Positions 9,408-22,629 of a DNA stretch of 64,000 nucleotides are shown here, in pieces; positions within the stretch are counted from its first letter, which is position 1; the number at the start of each line of letters is the position of its first letter. A model generated the notes under the pieces. The model searched no databases and was not told the DNA's origin. It saw only the letters and a program-made list of their open reading frames with translations. This DNA comes from Octopus sinensis. Lineage: Eukaryota. Location: contig NC_042997.1 of assembly GCF_006345805.1 (NCBI RefSeq), forward strand, positions 115,816,001 to 115,880,000. The letters are read 5' to 3'. A program made the position numbers and the translations under genes.

Positions 9408-11611
9408 GAGAAACTGGTCGACAAGGCGCAAACATGCGCCGTGCCAGGCCGGACCATCCATGACAACCTCCATCTGATGCGCTACATCATAGACAGGGTA
9501 GTTAACGAACCTGGCATGGGTGGGGCCCTGATCAACTTGGATCAATCAAAAGCCTTTGATAGGGTAGACCATCGATACTTGGAGGCAGTCCTGAGAGCGG
9601 CTGGTTTCGGTCCCGTCTTCCGCGGCTGGATAGCTGCCTTGTACAGAGGCATCCGTTCGGTAATTCGCGTAAATGGACATCTATCGAGACCTTTCGACAT
9701 TGCACGTTCGGTCCGTCAGGGATGCCCCCCTCTCGGCGCTTCTATACGTATTGACTCTTGAGCCACTACTGCGGAAGCTGGCGACTCTAAGGGGCATACC
9801 GCGAGAATTGGGATGCGGGACGAGCGTATCTGCATACGCGGACGACGTCACCGTCATAGTGTCTTAGCCACGAGCACATCGAGCTGGTCGGCGAGACACT
9901 GAAAAACTACGAAGCGGTGACAGGAGCGAAAATCAACCGGGAAAAGTCAGTGGGCTTGCGACTAGGCACCTGGAGAAGCAAGCCCATGCCGTCCACCAGC
10001 GCCTCCGTCGTGGGACGCTGGACCGACGGCCCGGTTGAGTTGCTCGGGGTCTGGTTTGGTCCGGACCTCCAAGTGGAGAAGAACTGGAACGAGATAACGA
10101 GTAGGGTGGTCACTCTCTCGCCCGGCAATGGGCCGAGAGGAAACTGTCCCTAAAAGGTCGAGCGGAGGTGGCGAACACGTACATCGCGTCCGTCATCTCT
10201 ACGCCCTGACGTCGTACCTTGTCCCGACCCTACCATCACCAAACTACAACGCATCCTCTTTCGCTTCTTTTGGAAAGGATGCGTCCCGATGGTCAGGCGA
10301 TCCATTTGCTGTCAACACCCGTTAAAAGGAGGGCTGGGCATGCCGTGGTTGATGATGCGCAGACACGCGCTGAGACTGCGACATCTCTGGCTCTATGTAG
10401 ACGACGGTGAACAGGTGTGGTCGCCGTTTGTGAGGCACGCTTTCCCGCAGCTCGTCTCCATGACCGAACTGCAGTCGTGGATCAAAAAGAGGCCGAGGAA
10501 GGGCGAATGGCACCGCGAGTGTCGCGTTGCTCTCAAGCAACTCTGCCGCCCTGGGTCGACCTTAAGTGACTTCAACACAACCAAAGCATTCTATAGGGGT
10601 TTAGTGGAGGGGAGGTACGACGACGAGCTCGGGGCGAACCTGGACGTCGACGAGGAGTACCTGACCCGCCTGTTCGGGACGACTTTCGGGCCAGGGCCCA
10701 TGGACAACTTCCAGAGATCCCTGGCCTGGCAGTGCTACCGAGAAGCGCTACCCGTTCGGGATAAGCTCTACAGACACGGCTCGAGAAACACGGGGCCGAC
10801 CTGCCCGAGATGCGGTCAGAGCGACGAAACCGTTCTGCACGCACTCGTTCAGTGTCCAACAATTTCCGACCTGTGGGCTTATGTCGAACAACTGCTGTCA
10901 CGTGTGGGACGAGTCGGTTTATCAGCTGAGTCTATCGTCAATATTGTCACGCCTCCTTCCTTCAAACGGGAAGAAGAGCTATTTTCATCATCCTTGTGGC
11001 TATGGCGAAAGAATGTATCTGGTGGACGCGTCTGAAAGGATTGGAGACAAACACTTTCCTCTCTGGTCAATCTCTCATCAACTTCTTCAAGTACCACTTG
11101 AAAAGGAAAGTGAGAGTAGAGAGGCAAGTTTTGTCTAGCGAATGTTTTAAAAAAGATGGGTGAATGTAGCAAGAATGGCACGTATGAATGACGAAGCCAC
11201 CTTGAGCATAGTCCTATGAACCCAGAAATCGAAAACAGAGAGTTGCTTATTTGCAAAAAAAAAAAAAAAAAAAAGAAATATAAAATGTGACTTCATTGAC
11301 CGAGGTTACCGTGGTCTTTTCCGCAGCTTTTCTTTCCACGGGTAACCTCACCTGTCCTCCCCTTTACACTTCATATTGACATTTCTGTGATAACGATCCC
11401 TATTGATCATTTTTTTTCCTCTCCCCCCCCACTTTTTTTTTTTTTTTAACCCCCCTTATTTTTGTCCTCTTTCTCTCCTTTTACGATCCCTTTTGATCGA
11501 ACCTCCCCCTTCCTTTTTTTTTTTTTTTTTTTTTTAATACCTTCAAAAGAAAAGCTCTACCTTGTAATTTGTTCTATCTGTGTGCAGCCCTGTGTGGCTA
11601 ATAAAGAAACA
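9405..11611 (+). mobile_element. 5'-truncated Tx1/L1-group non-LTR retrotransposon (RT, C-terminal zinc finger, pyrimidine-rich 3' UTR)
   Basis: Motifs across shifted frames: [90 protein letters not shown]. The ORF ends at about 11219 and the UTR ends in AATAAA followed by (TATC)n. Confidence 0.92.
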
Positions 11612-11686
11612 TATCTATCTACCTATCTATCCATCTATCAACCTATCTATCTATCTATCTATCTACCTATCTATCTACCTATCTAC

Positions 11687-11725
<39 letters not shown>

Positions 11726-11737
11726 CCAATCTATCTG

Positions 11738-11798
<61 letters not shown>

Positions 11799-11810
11799 TA
11801 TCTATCTATA
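11612..11810. repeat. (TATC)n microsatellite; right flank of the Tx1-like element
   Basis: Direct reading; the variant pattern matches 9247-9362. Confidence 0.98.
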
Positions 11811-11815
11811 AGCAC

Positions 11816-12101
11816 AGGCGCGGTTCTGTGGTTAGAAGCTTGATTCCCAACAATATGGTTCTGGGTTCAGTCCCACTGCGTGGAACCTTGGGCAAGTGTC
11901 TTCTATAGCCTCGGGCAGACCAAAGCCTTGTGAGTGGATTTGGTAGACGGAAACTGAAAGAAGCCTGTCGTATATATGCATATATATATATATGTGTGTG
12001 TGTGCGTGTGCGTAAGCGTGTGCCTGTGTGTGTACGTGTGTATGTCTGCCCCCCCCCACATCACTTGACAACCGATGCTGGTGTTTACGTCTCCGTAACT
12101 T
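11816..12101 (+). mobile_element. SINE family A, 3'-truncated
   Basis: AGGCGCGGTTCTGTGGTTAG...GGTTCAGTCCCACTGCGTGG...CCTTGGGCAAGTGTCTT head, then microsatellite, then partial 3' half. Confidence 0.8.
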
Positions 12102-12332
12102 GTATGTGGATAGACGGACGGAGGGGCAGGCGGAGGGATATGCATTCGCGCATGTGCGTATTTGTGTGTTCGGATACATGTAGCCGGACCCTGTTCGGAA
12201 AGGATCGATGGGTCACGTTTTCGCGGTCCTTATTCGTAATAAAAATCGAGATAGCATGGCTTAGTGTGTGTCTTTGCGTCTTTAAATTTGAATGTACGTA
12301 TACATATTTCTGTGTATGTAGACATAGTCTTT

Positions 12333-12797
<465 letters not shown>

Positions 12798-12805
12798 TAT
12801 AATAT

Positions 12806-12980
12806 TCTTTTGTATTATAGGCACAGGGCCTGACATTTTGAGGGAGGGGACTAGTCGATTACATCGGCTTTAGTGCATAACTGGCACTTATTTTACCGAC
12901 CCCGAAAGAGTGAAAGACAAAGTCGACTCCGGCAGAATTTGAACTCAGAACGTGCTAACGATTCTGCCAGTTTGTCGCCT
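12806..12980 (-). mobile_element. SINE family B
   Basis: Reverse complement of the family B core and head. Confidence 0.7.
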
Positions 12981-13024
12981 TATTTTTATGCATATGTGAA
13001 TATATTTAATATATATATTTATAT

Positions 13025-13418
13025 ATTCTTTTATTCTTTTACTTGTTTCAGTCATTTGACTGCGGCTATGCTGGAGCACCGCCTTTAGTCGAACAAATTG
13101 ACCCCAGGACCTATTTTTGTAAGCCTAGTGCTTATTCTATTGGAATCTTTTGTCGAAACGCTAATTTATGGGGGCGTAAACACATCAACATCGGTTTGTC
13201 AAGTGATTGTGGGAGGACAAACACATATACAGACAGACAGACAGACAGACAGATAGATAGATAGATAGATAGACGACGGGCTTCTTTTCAGTTTCTGTCA
13301 ACCAAATCCAGCCACAAGGCTTTAGTCGGCCCGAAGTTATAGCCGAAGACACGCAGTGGGATTGAACCCGGAACCATGTGGTTGGGAAGCAAGCTTCTTA
13401 CCTCACAGCCACGCCTGC
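13025..13418 (-). mobile_element. SINE family A
   Basis: Both halves present; the internal array is (GACA)n(GATA)n. Confidence 0.8.
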
Positions 13419-14048
13419 GCATGTATATACATGTCTGTATGTGTGTATATGTATGCACACATATATATATGTGTGTGTATACACCCTAATATGCAACACA
13501 TGTATAGACATATATTTATATATATATGTATATGTGCACAGTGTACATATGTTCGTGTGTGTGTGTGTGTATGTGTTTGTGTTTGTATGTATATATATAT
13601 ATATATATATATGAGTCCGCGCGCGTACTCACGCGCATACTAACATAACTTTAACCTGGAACCCATTATTTAAAAATTGAAATAAAGAAAACTAGAGCTG
13701 ATAATGAAGATATGTCAAGTAGGTTGCAACAATGAATTAAGAGCTTGTTCTCTCTTATTCACACGATCCTTGTCAGTGAGCAGACGATAAAAAGTCGTCT
13801 GCATTTTCACTGAGGACCGACGATAAGACATGTCAGTTTAGTTTTGCTACATGCCATCGTCTGCACTGGACGTTCTTCTGTAATGTACTTCTGGTTTAGT
13901 TTATTCAAACGGTAGACCAATGTTCCCGAAATTTCTAAATATCGGACTCGGTTTCAATTCTATTTCGTAGGCCATTTTATTCCATTGAAATCATTCAGGA
14001 AATATGAACATCATACAATCACATTTTATATCTCCACTATATTTATCA

Positions 14049-14136
<88 letters not shown>

Positions 14137-14137
14137 G

Positions 14138-14173
<36 letters not shown>

Positions 14174-14179
14174 GATAGA

Positions 14180-14259
<80 letters not shown>

Positions 14260-14669
14260 GTTTGACTTTTGCTTTGTGTTTGCACAAGTTGACTCCAAGT
14301 CTCACCCAGAGACCTCAAGAGATAACAAGTTAGAAGTTCATGTTGGTGTTATGCTTACGGTGTCATATATTTGGTTTTGTACATAGTATTGTTCTAGAGA
14401 ATGTTTAAGACATTATGAGTTTACTTTAAAATTTGAGATTACATAGGCAGTATTTTACGTAGGATATGGGCAGTTCCCATGAGCACTATCTTTTGAATTT
14501 CTGCCATTTTGGGATCTCCTGGTATCTGAGCTAGATAGCAATCAGCCCATTTTGCTATCATTCCTAGGGCACCTATGACAACAGGTATTGTTTTAGTCCT
14601 GAGGCTCCACACTTTGCCAATTTCTATTTCAAGATCTTTATACTCGCTCAGTTTTTGGTAGGTCTTGAC

Positions 14670-17459
14670 CAGTGCTGCCCAACGTCCGGCCGGCGGACTG
14701 GATCCGGCTCACGAAGCCTTAAAATCCGGCCCGCTAGTCGGTCTTCAATTTATGGGTATCTGCAAAACAAATTACAAAAAATATATTCGTAGATCACAAA
14801 AAATCACATTAAAGTATCCTCTTTATGTCGAGGAAGTGTGCTACACGCAGGTCTTCTCTATACGTCATTATGAGACGTGATTTATCTGCGACAGAGATAG
14901 TTTTAAGCATGCCGAGTCAGCTGCTGACCGTGTTGTGGATAAATACCGATTTTCGGTGGCTGAAAGCTGTAAAGTCAAGCTGGCTCGAGCCAGCAGCCAA
15001 TCACGACATCGCTCAATCAATGGGGGAAAATCACCGTCTAAAAATTTCATTAGATTTTGTGCTTCATGAATGAATAATTCTATAAAACTGGCATTTGAGG
15101 TAATTTAATTTCAAATTTACCCAGGCACAACTTTTGATACGGAAGCCTTCTTATACCGATGAGCAAATTACCGTAGTTTCTTTTTCACAATAACTTTAAA
15201 ATTTTCTTCATCCATGGCGTCGACTAGAAAAATCAGAAAAGTAGACAAGGAGAATCGCAGGTTTAACGAGGCATGGACAAATTTATATTTCTTCGTGGAA
15301 TCAAATGCAAAATGTCGCTGACCTGTGGTGAAACAGTCGCAGTTCCAAAAGTTGAAAATGTGAAACGGCATTACACATTAAAGCACGCTTCGACCCATAA
15401 TCGTTATGAAGAAGATCATCGCAAGGAAAAAGTACTTTTACTTCAAAGGAATTTAGTCTCGCAACAGAATATTTTTCGGGAAATAGATGATGGATCGAAA
15501 AAATACACCAAAGTAAGTTTCGTCATTGCTGAAAAGATTGCACGCAACATGAAACCTTTTTCGGAAGGAGACTTTATCAAAGAATGTATCACCTCGGCGA
15601 TTGAAATTCTGTGCCCAGAGAAAGAGAAAGCTATAAAATGTGTTAGCGTGACGCATAATATAATAACCCGAAGGATTGAAGAACTGGCCGAAAATACGAA
15701 AATGCAGTTGAACGAACTTTGTAAAAACTTCGAAACTTACAGCAATGCCATCGACGAATCTACTGACATGACTGATACACCACAACTGGCGATTTTCGTG
15801 AAAGGTGTTGATTCAAGTTTTAATATCACTGAAGAATTACTTGCTCTATGCCCCATGAAAGAAAATTTGCACAGGTGCTGCTGTTTTCAAAGAAATTGAT
15901 ATTGCACTCGAAAAGGCGGGACTGGCTTACGATCGCCTGGTGGGAATTGCTACCGATGGTGCGCCGGCCATGATCGGCAAGGAACAAGGCTTGCGTGGTT
16001 TCATACAAAGAAAACTGGAATCCCTGAATGTGAGTAAAGACCAAATATTGTGGTACCATTGCATTATACATCAGGAATCACTTTGCTCCAAAATCATTAA
16101 GTTTGATCACGTCATGGATAATGTCGTGAAAGCTGTCAACTTCATTCGGAGTCGTGCGTTAAATCATCGACAGTTTCGAAATTTTCTCGATGAGATAAAC
16201 GCCGAATTTTCTGGCATTCCTTACTTTACCGAGATCAGGTGGCTCAGCTGTGGACGTACTTTGAAACGCTTTTACGATATTCGAGAACATGTGGCAGCAT
16301 TTCTTGAAGCAAAAGGAAATTCATGCATTAGTTTTGATGACGACAAATGGATGAATGATTTTTCCTTTCTGGTGGACATTACACACAAGCTGAATGAGTT
16401 GAATGTGCGGTTACAAGGAAAAGAAAAACTCATCCATAATTTGTTTGGGGAGATGACAGCTTTCCAAAAGAAACTGGATTTGTGGATTACTCAAATTGCT
16501 GACAGCAATTATGCTCACTTCCCTTGCCTTCAGGAACAGCCGCACATTTCAGTCATAAATCGGGAATTCTTTGTGAGCGAGTTAAAACGGATGCAGGAAG
16601 AATTTGCCAGGAGATTTAAGGATTTCCGTGCTTGTGAAGACCAGCTGAAAATTTTTTCAATGCCTTTTGACGTGGATCCTGCTGATCCCCGTTGAGCTTC
16701 AAATGGAATTGAATGAATTACAAAGTGACTTTGATGTCAAGAGTCAGTTTTTAAACAGGAATCTGATGGACTTCTACAAATACGGTCTGCCTCACACTCA
16801 ATATCCAAATATTACTTGCTACACAAAGCCCTTTCTCGTTTTGTTCGGTTCGACATGGATATGTGAATACCTCTTCAGTCGCATGCAATTGGTAGAATCG
16901 AACAAAAGAAATTCTTTGAGTGATGAACTCCGACTGGCCTTAACAAATATTCCGGCAGACATTGAAAAGCTTCTTGATGACTCGAAACAATTTCAAGTTT
17001 CTCACTGATATTTTCGTTCTTTACGGGTATACAGCTAAAATAAAATTGTTTTATTATTGAAATACAAGCCATTTATTTGAACAAATGTTTTTTTTTTTTA
17101 TCTTGATCAATTGTTAAATTTGTTTTATAGGATGTAAGGTTCTAAATCAAAAATGTGTAATGGTCATTTCGTATTCACGTAATATCTGGAGACTATAATT
17201 CTTTGATAGCAGTGAAGAAGTAATAGAAATAGTACCATATGTAGGATCCCTGTGTTTAAATTGAGTTATGAATTATAATTGTATAATGGATAATTTCTAT
17301 AAACAGAATAATAGAATCAATGTTTTCAGTTCTGAATACTTTTTCAAACCATTTCAATTAGTTGTATTAAAAAATGAAAGGCTAGAAATGTGAGTCCGGC
17401 CCACTAGCATCGCTTTTTCTTAAATCCGGCCCATGTTCGGAAAAGGTTGGGCAGCACTG
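14670..17459 (+). mobile_element. Complete hAT DNA transposon (Charlie/SPIN/Buster-like), 2,790 bp
   Basis: Perfect 14-bp TIRs (CAGTGCTGCCCAAC / GTTGGGCAGCACTG), a perfect 8-bp TSD GTCTTGAC (14662-14669 and 17460-17467), and subterminal TCCGGC(C) repeats at both ends. Confidence 0.96.
15214..17008 (+). pseudogene. hAT transposase (GTF2IRD2/SPIN-like) with three frameshifts
   Basis: MASTRKIRKVDKENRRFNEAW, TCGETVAV...VKRHY (zinc-finger-like), AIDESTD, ATDGAPAM, HCIIHQE, RWLS, FGSTWICEYLFS...QVSH*. The DDE residues are intact. Frame changes occur near 15315, 15870 and 16690. Confidence 0.92.
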
Positions 17460-17640
17460 GTCTTGACAGATACGTTTATGTCGATTGAGACAGTTATATC
17501 AATGAGGAGGCATGGTTTTGTTTGAAGTCTTTAAATATAATATCTGGCCTATACGCATCTATCTTTCTGTCAGTTTGAATGGTGAAGTTCCAGAGGAGTG
17601 AGATGTGAACTTTTTTAAGCATTGGAGGTGGTTTATGTTA

Positions 17641-17739
<99 letters not shown>

Positions 17740-18207
17740 TTATTATTATTGGCGTAATGACCATCCCAAGACAGGAAAATTTAGAGTTGGATATATCCAA
17801 TATCTGCAGTAAAATGGTTAATGAACATATACAATATGGTTAAAAGGATATCTGGGAGAAGACAGTTCGAGTAACAGAAAGAGGTTCGAGTGGAAGTGAA
17901 TGTTTTGTTTTTTTTTTTTGTCCATCTAGTCTTGTAAGTCCTTCAAAAATGCTTATTCAACCGCATGGAAAAGAGGCGAGAAGGAAATTACAATGATTAA
18001 ACAAATGAAAGAAGGGAATGAGGCGGGGAAGAGGGGGCTGGGCTCAGTTATAAAGGATACAAACATAAACAAACATAAATAGAGATTGTTAGGTAAGATT
18101 GTTTGGGAATATATTAACAAGCTGTAAAATATACATTACATACACACATGCATATACACATACACATGACACATACATATGTATAAGTGTGTTTGTATAT
18201 ACATATG

Positions 18208-18263
<56 letters not shown>

Positions 18264-18324
18264 ATACACATAAATACATATATATATATTATATATATAT
18301 GAATATATATATTTGAATATATAC

Positions 18325-18389
<65 letters not shown>

Positions 18390-18590
18390 TCCATGTATAT
18401 ATGATTATGACCTTTATGCATGTATATAAGTGTACCTCTATAAATGTATGTGTACGTATATAATTGTGAATATATGTGTATGTGTGTGTGCGTGTGTAAT
18501 ACATACATATATATTTACATAGATATGCATACATATGTGTATACACATATATACATATACATATCTACACACACACACACACACACACAC

Positions 18591-18651
<61 letters not shown>

Positions 18652-19165
18652 AAATGCTGCTATCAAAATCTGACACTCTTTGCAATGTTGTTTTTTGTTG
18701 TTGTTGTTGCTGTTGTTGTGTGTAAGAGAGGCTTTCTAGCACGAGATTATCCATGCCAAAACTTCTTGAAATTTCTGATATCTTTGCAAATAGCTCTATC
18801 ACATTGCCAAGTGACAGGATAACCCCTGACAGCTCATATATCAATGGCGGCGCCAGCCCGTGTTTCGCTGGTCGAAATGCATTGAGACAATTCACTCAGT
18901 TTAAACGTAAATGAAGAAAGAACTTGTACCAGCTGAAAGAGTAAAAGCTGCATCAATAATCTATATGTGATGAAGCCAGATAAACATCTACCAAGTAAAT
19001 TCCAGCCATTTTCAATTTTCTCTTGTTGTTCCTTTTCCCTTAAAAAAAAATATAAAATGTTAAAAAAAATAAAACTTAAGAATTAGAAAAAATAATAAAG
19101 AAAAACAAGCAGCGACCTGCCATTTTAACTAAATTCGTTGTCGTATCTGAGAAAGTAGGCGCACG

Positions 19166-19226
<61 letters not shown>

Positions 19227-19365
19227 GCAGACACATATGCGCGCATACGCACAAACATACACAAACATGCGTACAGCACACACTCTCAGATACATTCACA
19301 CGGATGGGTATACAGAAATATACATGCATATACATACATATATATATATATATGGGATATATATA

Positions 19366-19431
<66 letters not shown>

Positions 19432-19477
19432 ATATCATCATTCATGTCCGAAGAGATTATATATATATATATATATA

Positions 19478-19682
19478 TCGTGGCACTCCGTCGGTTACGA
19501 CGACGAGGGTTCCAGTTGATCCGATCAACGTAACAGCCTGCTAATGAAATTAACGTGCAAGTGGCTGAGCACTACTCAGACGTGTGTACCTTTAACGTAG
19601 TTCTCGGGGAGATTCAGCGAGACACAGAGTGTTACAAGGCTGGCTGGCCCCTTTGAAATACAGGTACAACAGAAACAGGAAA
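19478..19682 (-). mobile_element. SINE family C 3' part
   Basis: GGCACTCCGTCGGTTACGACGACGAGGGTTCCAG... is shared with 36712-36898 and 37497-37820. Confidence 0.75.
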
Positions 19683-20042
19683 GTTTCTATAATTTTCACA
19701 TTACCATTTTGCTGAATCAGCCACTGATTCATACGGTAAATACTATACACTATAACAGTTAGGATTTAGCTAAACCATCCAGCGATGGAATAGTCACCAC
19801 TGAGGAGCTTTAATTCGTTGTGAAATTAGCCTAGTATGGTGATTTCGATCGCTGTGGGGCAGTTATCTACCCCGTCAGTGTATAGATTTTTGCTCCCTGC
19901 GAGCATAAGAGTTTTTAGCTCTTATTTCTAGCAATGTGTGTGCTACCCTGCACCGTCAGTCACAATTAGTGATTATTGTATTTTTCCTGTTTGTTTTTTT
20001 AATGCGTATAGTAGCCTTCGTTATGTTATATATATGTATATA

Positions 20043-20110
<68 letters not shown>

Positions 20111-20669
20111 GATAATATTACGCCTGGTGAAGTAGGAAAATAGGTACATACAATTAGTTCTCAGGTTGACTTACTACATAAACCCCAACAGCAACAACAA
20201 CAACGGCAGCAACAATATCACTAACAATAACAACAGAAACACCACCAACGCCGTCATCACCACCACCATCATCAACGACAACAACAACAGAGACTGTCTC
20301 CCTTATTTAGCGTTTTTTTTATCATTTTGCCATCGCAATAACTGAATCTGACAAAACCAGACAAGATTAGGGATATTTTATATTCTTAAAAAATACCAAA
20401 TAGTTTGGAATCTCCAGAAGTATTCGGCTGGCAACATGATCTCATGATAAACTTCATTAAGACAGCAAATAATTAAATGTTAATAATTGCAAAAATGGTC
20501 TTCGAACGGGACTCTACGTGAATCCTGGACTTGCAAGAAATAGCACCCAACTTACCTTGAATCATGTTTTACCAACTTGAAAATCGAAACAGAAGCATTC
20601 GCGGGATTAAATATTTTATTCACTCTTAGACTATACATATATATATATATATACATACATATATATATA

Positions 20670-20732
<63 letters not shown>

Positions 20733-21274
20733 ATATTAGAGGGAAACCACTATGTGGACACCCTTATACTAGAAATAGATGCACTATGGTCTTACCACTA
20801 AGAAATATTCTTAATATCTAATTTCTCACTCTCATTTTAAACTTAAATTTAAATTAATACGTTCTCGAGCCGGCAAAGGCCACTGCAGTAAAGTATTATC
20901 TGCAGCATCAGTTTTTCCGGTAATTTAGCACACCAAAACGAGGACATTTGAAATAGTAACCACGAGTGTAATCGGTAGAACTGTTTACAGATCTGACTTT
21001 GTGCAGACGTCCTAGTATGCAATCCTGCAAATTATATTCATCTGGACGGTCGCACCGATGATCTACGGACATTTATGTAAGTAAAATTACGTAATATGTT
21101 AATAGTGAAACATGTATGCGAATAAACCATATTTTTATTGCTTTTTCTTTCGTCTTGCTCGATTACGTTCTGGTTGTTTTGCTAAATTTTTCTTGAGAAC
21201 ATTTCTTAGTGGTAAGACCATAGCGGATCTATTTCTAGCATAAGGGTGTCCACATAGTGGTTTCCCTCTAATAT
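20733..21274. mobile_element. ~540-bp MITE-like element with ~75-bp TIRs at a (TA)n array
   Basis: ATATTAGAGGGAAACCACTATGTGGACACCCTTAT...CTTACCACTAAGAAAT is inverted at 21203-21274. Confidence 0.85.
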
Positions 21275-21408
21275 GTATATAATGCAATCTTACTGAGCCT
21301 TCAGTTTCTTTATATGCTAAACCATTGGTGTGAAATCGATGTTAATTAAATTAATATCTAATTTCTCACCCTCATTTTAAATTTAAATTTAAATTTATAT
21401 ATATATAT

Positions 21409-21443
<35 letters not shown>

Positions 21444-21491
21444 TAAATACATACATACATACATACATACATACATACATACATACATACA

Positions 21492-21556
<65 letters not shown>

Positions 21557-21558
<2 letters not shown>

Positions 21559-21668
21559 GACTGGCGCTTTTCATTTTCCGTGTACGAAATCCATTCAAGA
21601 GGCTTTGGTCAGCCCGTGACTATAGTAGAAGGCACTTGCTTAGGATGCCATGCAGTGAGACTGAAACT
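21557..21668 (-). mobile_element. SINE family A 5' half fragment
   Basis: TACGACTGGCGCTTTTCATTTTCCGT...GGCTTTGGTCAGCCCG...GAGACTGAA. Confidence 0.6.
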
Positions 21669-21974
21669 ACGCCAACCAGTAGCTATAAAATGTCACGCAG
21701 AAAGACCGAAATAGAGACCCTGTAGTTAAGAAACGAATTTCTTAAACATTCGGCCATATTGCTCCTGCTAACTTAGTGTTCATTAATTAAACCGACGAAC
21801 CGTTCATCTCTAATCAACAGATTTTGTCACCTTTATCATTTCTGTTATCTTATCTCCGACTTCAACATTTCTTGACATCAGTTTAATTCTGTAAGCTACA
21901 GTAATCAAACTATATTTGAACTACAATCATAACGCATTTCTCCAAATTCCTTCTCCTTTCCTCATATCCTTCTC

Positions 21975-22045
<71 letters not shown>

Positions 22046-22629
22046 ATTGATATATCATACCAAATATATCTTTAGTTCTTATTGCTGTTTTTTTTTTAAT
22101 TTGAGAACACTTTCTAGGAATAGTTCTATCTATCTGTCTACGTATCTATTTAACTACCTATCTATCTGTTTACTGATCTATCTATTTATTTGTCTACCAA
22201 TATCTATCGGTGTATCTGTATACTTACCGGTCTATCTATCTTTCTTTCTATCTATATGTATTGTCAAATAAATCTTAGTGTTTGTATTGCTTTCGCATTT
22301 TAATTTGGAGTTCCGTGTCACATTTTGTAACAAAACTACATTCGTTTTAGATACCGTATTATCATAAAGAGGTATTTGATAATTACGTTGCTAACGAAAA
22401 CTTTAAGCCAATTTAAAGCAGGTGTTTTGAAACCGGGGTAACATAGCGGTGCACGGGATTTGAAATAAAAACACTTGAATTAATCACAACCAAGTGAACA
22501 CAATTCGTATGTCTTTAAAATGTGTAGGTAATCTTTTGCTCTCCCCATCCCAAGATCCCTTAGAATAAGGGTTTCCAACAATCAAGACCAAATTTTCGAC
22601 AAAGAGGGTTCTTTGAAACTAACATTAAA

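Larger units (their letters stand above)
14258..17636 (-). mobile_element. 5'-truncated R4/Dong-like non-LTR retrotransposon (REL endonuclease and 3' UTR), split by the hAT insertion
   Basis: Joining 17620-17460 to 14669-14439 on the minus strand gives LLWNFTIQTDRKIDAYRPDIIFKD(fs)CLLIDITVSIDINVSVKT/YQKLSEYKDLEIEIGKVWSLRTKTIPVVIGALGM...LMGTAHILRKILPM*, the PD..D..K REL motif. (TAT)n arrays lie on both sides (14179-14257 and 17637-17712). Confidence 0.88.

Noticed and set aside
13770-13815. Short hairpin CAGTGA-GCAGACGA-loop-TCGTCTGC-TCACTG
   Set aside because: Too short for a pre-miRNA and has no other supporting features.
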